From Chthoniobacteraceae bacterium (lineage in GTDB: Bacteria > Verrucomicrobiota > Verrucomicrobiia > Chthoniobacterales > Chthoniobacteraceae), in the NCBI GenBank assembly GCA_031409655.1, contig JANNXQ010000058.1, positions 1 through 42,384 of the forward strand: 42,384 bases of DNA. The letters are read 5' to 3'. Both the position numbers and the translations under genes were made by a program. The notes under the pieces are model-generated. The model saw nothing but the letters and a program-made list of their open reading frames with translations. It was not told the origin of the DNA and made no database searches. How positions within the stretch are numbered: the stretch's first letter is position 1; each line of letters begins with the position of its first letter. This document shows positions 36,446 through 42,384 of the stretch, in pieces.

Positions 36446-37407
36446 CAGTGCTCTTTCTTCTTCTGCATGAGGTTCAGCAATCGTTGATTAAATTCCTGGG
36501 CGCTGTTCTGGCCCATGCTCTTCAGCTTTTGGTCCAGGGCCGCGACTTCTACCAGATGGGAAAGGTCGCGGCCGACCCGCACAGGGATGGTGATATGGGG
36601 GATCAGAATCTCGAGGATTTCGTAATACTCCTGATCCAACCCGATCCTATCGGCCTCCTCCATTTCCTGCCAATCCTTTAGTGTCACGATCAGGTCAAGC
36701 CGTTTATCGAGGCGCACGGAAGCGACCCCGAAAATCGACATCACATTGATCACGCCGAGCCCGCGCACCTCCATGTGGTGCCGGGTGAGATCCGGTGAAG
36801 TGCCCACCAATTCCTTGCCCTCGAGCGCGCGGAAACGCGTCATATCGTCGCTCACGAGGCTGTGGCCGCGCTCCAGCAGGCCGAGCACGCACTCGCTCTT
36901 GCCGATGCCGCTCGAGCCGCGGATCAGCGTGCCCACGCCCATGATATCGACCATCGAGCCATACTCACTTTTGCTCGGCGCAAAATCGTACTCCAGCGCA
37001 AGTGTCGCGGCGTTGATGAACTTCATCGTGACCATCGGCGTGCGAAAAACCGCCACGCCCGCGGCCGCTGCTTCCTCGAGCATCGCCGGGGAAGGCTTCA
37101 TGCCGCGAGCGACGATGACGCAGGGGATCGTCCGGGTGAAAAGCGCTTTGCAGCGGATCCGCACCTCGGCTTCGGGGAGGCTTTTCAGATAGGCAAATTC
37201 CACGCTGCCGAAGATCTGGATGCGCTTCTCTGCGAAATAATTCAGGAAACCGGTGAGCGCCAGCCCAGGGCGATTGATGGTCGGCTCCTTGATGCGCCGA
37301 TCAAACCCAACCTCCGGTCCCAGCACCTTGAGCTGCAGCGCCTCCGAATGGTGCATGAAGAATTCCCCGACGGAGATGGTGGGATGTTTCGTTTCCGGGG
37401 GCTGCAT
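36445..37407 (-). CDS. hprK: HPr(Ser) kinase/phosphorylase
   Basis: INRPGLALTG; Walker A GSSGIGKSE; LVSDD; MEVRGLGVIN. Confidence 0.95.
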   Translation of the reverse strand: MQPPETKHPTISVGEFFMHHSEALQLKVLGPEVGFDRRIKEPTINRPGLALTGFLNYFAEKRIQIFGSVEFAYLKSLPEAEVRIRCKALFTRTIPCVIVARGMKPSPAMLEEAAAAGVAVFRTPMVTMKFINAATLALEYDFAPSKSEYGSMVDIMGVGTLIRGSSGIGKSECVLGLLERGHSLVSDDMTRFRALEGKELVGTSPDLTRHHMEVRGLGVINVMSIFGVASVRLDKRLDLIVTLKDWQEMEEADRIGLDQEYYEILEILIPHITIPVRVGRDLSHLVEVAALDQKLKSMGQNSAQEFNQRLLNLMQKKKEH

Positions 37408-37503
37408 GACGGGCGCATCGTAAACGCCTGACGGGCATCTGAAAAGGGGGGACTCGCGGTAAAAGTAGCGAGGGAGACCGTCCACCGGCACCGGCGCGTC
37501 GGC

Positions 37504-38367
37504 TTACTTCATTCTGAGGCCGTGGCGCTGCCAGAACGTCTGCAGCGACGCTTGCGAGCCGTTGAAGACGTTGCGCTCCAGAGGTCGATCGACATTCCCG
37601 AAATAGAGCGGGAAGCGATAAGCGCCGTTGCTATACACCTTGGGCCGCGAGCGGCCGCGCTCCCAATCCACGCCCGCGTATTGCCAGAGCGTCCAGTCAG
37701 ACCAGACGCGGTATTGCTTGAGCAGTCCATTCGGACTTCCGGGCGCGGGAAAATCCGGCCCCGCGCCGCTTTCGTGCGAGTAAAGCGCCGCCCAATAAGG
37801 CATCCGGCGGAGCTTCGCCTTGGTCTCAGCATCGGCGCCTCCGAGGAGCTTCTTCAGGTGCGTGCTGTTTTCCAAATACGCGACCGGCACCACCCCAGTG
37901 CGACTTTCCACCCGGCCCGCGAAGCGCAGGATGTCCGAAAGGCGCGACTTGGCATCGAAATCCGCGCACAGGAGCAGCGCCGGCGCATTCCACGAACGGC
38001 TGCGCGCCAGCGCTTGCGCCCGCGAGACGAATTGATCCGCCTGCACCCCGGCATCGACGTGCGTTTGCAGGCGATAATAAACGCCCGGCAGCATTCCCGC
38101 ACGATCCGCGGAGACGAGGAAGTTGGCGCATTTCTCGTCGAGGTTTCCACCTTTGCCCGCCCGCGCGATCAGCCCGCTCGCCCCACTATTCCGCAAGGCC
38201 GAGACATTATGCTCCGAGTAGCTGACGCCAGAGCGCTGCTTCTCCTTCGGATCGTAGGCGGAGACATTGATGATCTGCGGCATCGCCCCTTGACCGCTCG
38301 GGATACTGATGAAGATGCTCAGTGCGATGAGGACAGCCAAAGGAAGAGGGGCGAGACTCTTAATCAT
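37504..38367 (-). CDS. Secreted GH25 muramidase-like protein with atypical catalytic motifs
   Basis: Signal peptide; 'IINVSAYD', 'GVYY', 'QADQFV', 'ADFD', 'YWAALY', 'WTLWQY', 'ERNVFNG'. Confidence 0.8.
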   Translation of the reverse strand: MIKSLAPLPLAVLIALSIFISIPSGQGAMPQIINVSAYDPKEKQRSGVSYSEHNVSALRNSGASGLIARAGKGGNLDEKCANFLVSADRAGMLPGVYYRLQTHVDAGVQADQFVSRAQALARSRSWNAPALLLCADFDAKSRLSDILRFAGRVESRTGVVPVAYLENSTHLKKLLGGADAETKAKLRRMPYWAALYSHESGAGPDFPAPGSPNGLLKQYRVWSDWTLWQYAGVDWERGRSRPKVYSNGAYRFPLYFGNVDRPLERNVFNGSQASLQTFWQRHGLRMK

Positions 38368-38484
38368 ACGGAAAGGGAAAGTAGTGACCAGCCTCGGCCT
38401 CAGTCGCAATGGGCGAGTTTGGGGACGAGACAGTTCTTGCGATCAGCTTGCAGGCGGTGCGGGGTTCCGCCCGGTTTGTTGCCC

Positions 38485-40497
38485 TTACACCTGAAACATC
38501 ATCGTCGCCCGGGTGCCGCCTTCGTGCAGGTTGCGGATGTCGATGGTCGCGCCGTGGAGGTCGATGATTGTCTTCACGACGGCGAGGCCGAGGCCGGTGC
38601 CTTTGCCGGTCGGTTTGGTGGTGAAGAAGGGCTCGAAGATTTTCGCCAGTTTGTCTTCCGGGATGCCGTGGCCGGTGTCGTCGATCTCGACGACCACGAT
38701 GGACTGCCCCACGCGGAAGCTTTCGCTCGCGCTGCCGGCGATGTTTTCGCCGACGCCGGTGAGTTGCTTGGCGTAAGTACGGATGGTGAGGGTGCCGGCG
38801 GAGCCCATCGCGTGGATGGAGTTCGTCATCAGGTTGAGGAAAACGTGGCTGATCTGTTCGGCGTCGAGGGCGACTTCGGGCAGCGTCGGCTCGAGTTCGC
38901 GGATGATCTCGAAGGAGCCCTTCATCTCCACGCGCACGAGCTTGAGGGCGTCTTCGAGGAGGAGGTTCAGTTTTTCGCGCTTCTTCTCGAGCTGCTTTGG
39001 CCGGGAGAAATCCAGCAGGCCGCGGATGACGCTGTCGGCGCGTTGCACGGCGTCATCCATTTCTTTGATGATGATCTGCGTGGTCTCGTCTTCAGAGGGG
39101 GTCTGGTTCAGGTAATCGACGCCCATCTTGAGGATGGCCAGCGGGTTCTTGACCTCGTGCGCAACGCCCGCGGCGAGGCGGCCGATGAGTTTCATTTTCT
39201 CCGCCTCGATGAGCTCGAGCTGCATGGCACGCAGTTCGGTGTGCGCGGACTGGAGCCGGCCCATGGCGGTGAGGAGTTCCTCGCGGCTGGCGGCGAGTTC
39301 GGCATTCGCCTGCTTCAGGTGTTCCTCGGCGAGCTTTTGCTCGGTGATGTCGCGCTTCAGGCAGACCATGCCGTGGACGCGTCCGTCTTCCGTGATCCAC
39401 GGAACCTTCGTGAGGAGAGCCCAGTGGGTATTGCCGTACTGATCCACGGTTTTCTCCTCGTTATTCACCACCGGGCGTCCGCTCTGGAGCACGGGCAGGT
39501 CGGACTCGTGGTATTGGCGGGCGATCTCTTCGGGGAAAAAGTCGTACGGCGTGCGCCCGACGATCTGGGAGCGGTGGGTCGCGCCGAGCCAGCGCATGTG
39601 CGCGGCATTGTCGAGCAGGTAGCGGCCTTCGGCGTCCTTCAGGAAGATGTGATCCGGCACGTTGTCGATGACGGCGCGGAGCAGGTTGCGCTCGGATTCG
39701 AGCGCGCCTTCCATCTCCTTGATGTTGGTGATTTCGCGCGAGATGCCGCAGGTGCCGACGATGTTCCCTTTCCGGTCCCGCAGGGGGAGTTTCGTCGTCA
39801 GCGACCACGCGCGCTTGCCGTCCTGCAGGGTTTCGAACTCCACTTTGTTGACCACGGGTTCGCCGGTTTCCATCACCCGGTGCTCGTCGGCCAGCGCGGC
39901 TTCGGCGTGCTCGGGGCCATAGAAGTCGGCGTCCGTTTTCCCGTAGGCTTTTTCCGGGCGGCTCAGGCCAAAGAGATCGGTCAGCGCGCGATTGATGCGA
40001 ATAAAACGGCTCCGCTCGTCCTTGAAATAAATGCGGTCGGGAATGTTATCGAGCAGCGTGTTCAGGAAGTCGCGTTCGCGCGCCAGGGCTTGCTGGTAGG
40101 TCGAGCGCTCGAGGGCGTAGCGTAGCGTGCGATGCAGGAGTCGGGCGTCGATCTGGCCCTTCACGAGATATTCATCCGCTCCGAGATGCACAGCGTGGAG
40201 CGCGAGTTCCTCGTCGTCGCGGCCAGTGAGGACGATGATCGGGAGGTCCGGCGCGGCCTGGTGCGCGGTGGTGAAAGTCTCGATGCCAAGGCTGTCGGGC
40301 AGGGAAAGATCCAGGAGCACGAGATCGACCTCCAGCGATTGCATGAGGGCCGTGCCGCGTTCCAGGGTGGCGGTATCGGCGACGATCTGAAAACGCGTGC
40401 CCGGATCTTCCGCGAGCAGTTCGCGGAGGAGGAAGACGTCGTCAGGATTATCCTCGATGAGCAGGATGCGGAGCGTGGCCGGGAGGTGTTGTGACAT
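38485..40497 (-). CDS. Cytoplasmic hybrid kinase REC-PAS-PAS-HisKA-HATPase
   Basis: LIEDNPDD..LLDLSLPD; two PAS domains (IYFKD, IFLKD); AHEVKNPL; DTGHGI; FFTTKPTGKGTGLGL. Confidence 0.93.
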   Translation of the reverse strand: MSQHLPATLRILLIEDNPDDVFLLRELLAEDPGTRFQIVADTATLERGTALMQSLEVDLVLLDLSLPDSLGIETFTTAHQAAPDLPIIVLTGRDDEELALHAVHLGADEYLVKGQIDARLLHRTLRYALERSTYQQALARERDFLNTLLDNIPDRIYFKDERSRFIRINRALTDLFGLSRPEKAYGKTDADFYGPEHAEAALADEHRVMETGEPVVNKVEFETLQDGKRAWSLTTKLPLRDRKGNIVGTCGISREITNIKEMEGALESERNLLRAVIDNVPDHIFLKDAEGRYLLDNAAHMRWLGATHRSQIVGRTPYDFFPEEIARQYHESDLPVLQSGRPVVNNEEKTVDQYGNTHWALLTKVPWITEDGRVHGMVCLKRDITEQKLAEEHLKQANAELAASREELLTAMGRLQSAHTELRAMQLELIEAEKMKLIGRLAAGVAHEVKNPLAILKMGVDYLNQTPSEDETTQIIIKEMDDAVQRADSVIRGLLDFSRPKQLEKKREKLNLLLEDALKLVRVEMKGSFEIIRELEPTLPEVALDAEQISHVFLNLMTNSIHAMGSAGTLTIRTYAKQLTGVGENIAGSASESFRVGQSIVVVEIDDTGHGIPEDKLAKIFEPFFTTKPTGKGTGLGLAVVKTIIDLHGATIDIRNLHEGGTRATMMFQV

Positions 40498-40730
40498 CGG
40501 ACCGGTGAGGTGTGGAGAGACTAGGCGGAGTGCGGAGCGAGCACCATGCAAAGATTACGGCTAACGTCTATTGGGTGCCGGAGCTTGGTGCTTGGAGAGG
40601 CGCAGACGGTGGATCTTGCTTGGGCCTGCACAAAACATCCGCGAGCGTCCCCCGCGGCGTATTGAACGCCGAAGACCATCTCCTGTCAGAACGCAAACTC
40701 CGGCCAGCAAGGCCATTTTCCGCTTCCACC

Positions 40731-42248
40731 ATGAATCCAATCCGTAGCACCCGCATCCTCACCCTCTCGATCCTGGCCCTCAGCGTTTCCGCTTTTGCGG
40801 AGAGCCCGAGCAAGATCCCCGAGATCAAAGTCGATACCACGCCGCTTCCGCAGTCAGCGCCGAGTTACGCGCCGGTGGTCGATAAAGTGACCAATTCCAT
40901 CGTCACGATCTCCACGTCGAAAAATGTGAAGTTGAGCGAGAACCGAAACATGCGGGATCCCTTCTTCCGCCGTTTCTTCGGCCTCCCGGAAGAGGATGAG
41001 GGGGCCGCTCCGAAAAGCCCGCGTGGTGGAGGCAGCGGCGAGAAAAGCGAGAAGTCCAGAAAGCAGACGATGGGGCTAGGCTCTGGCGTGATCGTGACCG
41101 CGGAGGGCCACATCCTGACGAATAATCACGTCATCGACGGCGCGGATGACATCATCGTCACGCTCGGCAGCGAAAAGCGTGAGTATGTCGCGAAGAAAAT
41201 CGGGACTGACCCAGAGTCGGATCTCGCGGTCTTGAAGATCGAGGGATCCAAAGTGCAGGCCATCACTTTCACCGATAGCGACAAAGTGCGGATCGGCGAT
41301 GTGGTCCTCGCGGTCGGCAATCCCTTTGGCCTCACGCGTTCCGTCAGTGCGGGGATTGTGAGTTCCACCGGCCGCGGCGGCATGGGCATGGGCGGCATGA
41401 ACGGCGCGGTGTTTGAGAACTACATCCAGACCGATGCCTCGATCAATCCGGGCAATTCTGGTGGTGCGCTGGTGGACATCGAAGGCCGGCTCGTCGGCAT
41501 CAACACCAGCATCTACAGCCGCTCTGGCGGGAATGAAGGCATTGGCTTTGCCGTGCCCTCAAATCTTGCCCGGAGCGCGATGGAGAGCATCCTGAAAACC
41601 GGGCGGGTTGTGCGTGGCTTTCTCGGCATCCGGATGCAAGACATCGACGAGTCCCTGGCGAAGGGGCTCAGGTTCAAAGGCGAAACCGGTGTGGCGATCA
41701 CGGAAGTCACGGAGTCCAGCCCGGCGGCGAAGGCTGGCCTCAAAAGTGGCGATGTGGTGGTGGAGGTCGATGGCCGGAAGGTCGAGACCTCGCGCGATCT
41801 GCTGCTCCTCGTCGGCGCGATGAATCCGGGGACAAAGGTGAACGTGAAAGTCGCGCGGGATGGCGATGAAAAATCCCTCGTCGTGGAGCTCGCGGAACGG
41901 CCGGCGAAGGATCTCGCCGCCAATGCGCTTCCCGCCAAACCGGAGTCGGCAGATCCTGACGTGCTCGACGGCGTGGAGGTCGCGGACCTCGATGCGCAGA
42001 TGCGGCGCCAGTTTAACCTGCCCGAGGAGTTGAAGGGTGCGGTGATCACGAAGTTGGATCCTGAGTCCCCTAGTGCGGAGGCTGGCCTCAAGCCAGGCGA
42101 CGTCATTCAGGAGGTCGATCGCAAGCCCGTCGCGAATGCGAGCGAAGCCGTGGACATGAGCGAGAAAGTGAAGAAGGAAAAGAAAGTGCTCCTGCTCGTG
42201 TCCTCGAAAGGCGTCAGCCGTTTCGTCTCCATCGAGCGAAAGGACTAG
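40731..42248 (+). CDS. degP: DegP/HtrA (Do) serine protease with two PDZ domains
   Basis: Signal peptide; TNNHVI; SDLAVLK; INPGNSGGAL; two PDZ domains. Confidence 0.95.
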   Translation: MNPIRSTRILTLSILALSVSAFAESPSKIPEIKVDTTPLPQSAPSYAPVVDKVTNSIVTISTSKNVKLSENRNMRDPFFRRFFGLPEEDEGAAPKSPRGGGSGEKSEKSRKQTMGLGSGVIVTAEGHILTNNHVIDGADDIIVTLGSEKREYVAKKIGTDPESDLAVLKIEGSKVQAITFTDSDKVRIGDVVLAVGNPFGLTRSVSAGIVSSTGRGGMGMGGMNGAVFENYIQTDASINPGNSGGALVDIEGRLVGINTSIYSRSGGNEGIGFAVPSNLARSAMESILKTGRVVRGFLGIRMQDIDESLAKGLRFKGETGVAITEVTESSPAAKAGLKSGDVVVEVDGRKVETSRDLLLLVGAMNPGTKVNVKVARDGDEKSLVVELAERPAKDLAANALPAKPESADPDVLDGVEVADLDAQMRRQFNLPEELKGAVITKLDPESPSAEAGLKPGDVIQEVDRKPVANASEAVDMSEKVKKEKKVLLLVSSKGVSRFVSIERKD

Positions 42249-42384
42249 GGAACCGCTGATTAACTCGAACGGCGCAAATGGCCCGTTCTGCGGTGCGAGG
42301 GCGGCGGTTTTTCAATGATGGCTGGTCGCGATTTTGGGTCTTTTGCGCGGTGCTGAGCGGTGGTTGATGTTCTTGGCGGTCGGT

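Noticed and set aside
1..42384. CRISPR array, IS transposase, prophage structural genes, defence systems
   Set aside because: No regularly spaced repeats and no recognisable cas, transposase, capsid or defence genes were seen

Overview
GC-rich bacterial chromosome segment. The gene repertoire (hprK-ptsH-ptsI operon with no EII permease, GFTLIELL pilin-like protein, PAS kinases) suggests a Verrucomicrobiota/Chthoniobacterales-like organism; this is inference only. There are three blocks. (1) 1-22.1 kb is a general-stress and carbon-storage cluster: two transglutaminase-like genes, an NhaP-type antiporter, CsbD, an NtrC-type sigma54 activator, catalase HPII, an RND pump, an ECF sigma factor with a sigma54-type promoter, a sensorless kinase, DUF1328, glgX, a hybrid kinase, a response regulator, YciF, a glycine-zipper protein, a lipoprotein and an esterase. 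Three genes here share a tripartite upstream motif, TCAGG-N6-CCYGA-N8-TCAGG, that I cannot assign to a known regulator. (2) About 22.5-29.3 kb is a less GC-rich integrative mobilizable element at tRNA-Gly(CCC). It encodes a tyrosine integrase, an Xis-like protein, an XRE regulator, a wHTH Rep-like gene broken by a single TAA, and a MOBF (TrwC-like) relaxase-helicase. It also carries a three-copy palindromic operator and a probable antisense RNA opposite the rep-like leader. Its left end abuts a decayed ugtP-like pseudogene and no attR is visible. (3) 29.3-42.4 kb holds core-like genes: pilin-like protein, lysophospholipase, REC protein, an orphan secreted protein, hprK-ptsH-ptsI-lipoate ligase, a GH25 with altered catalytic motifs, a REC-PAS kinase and degP.
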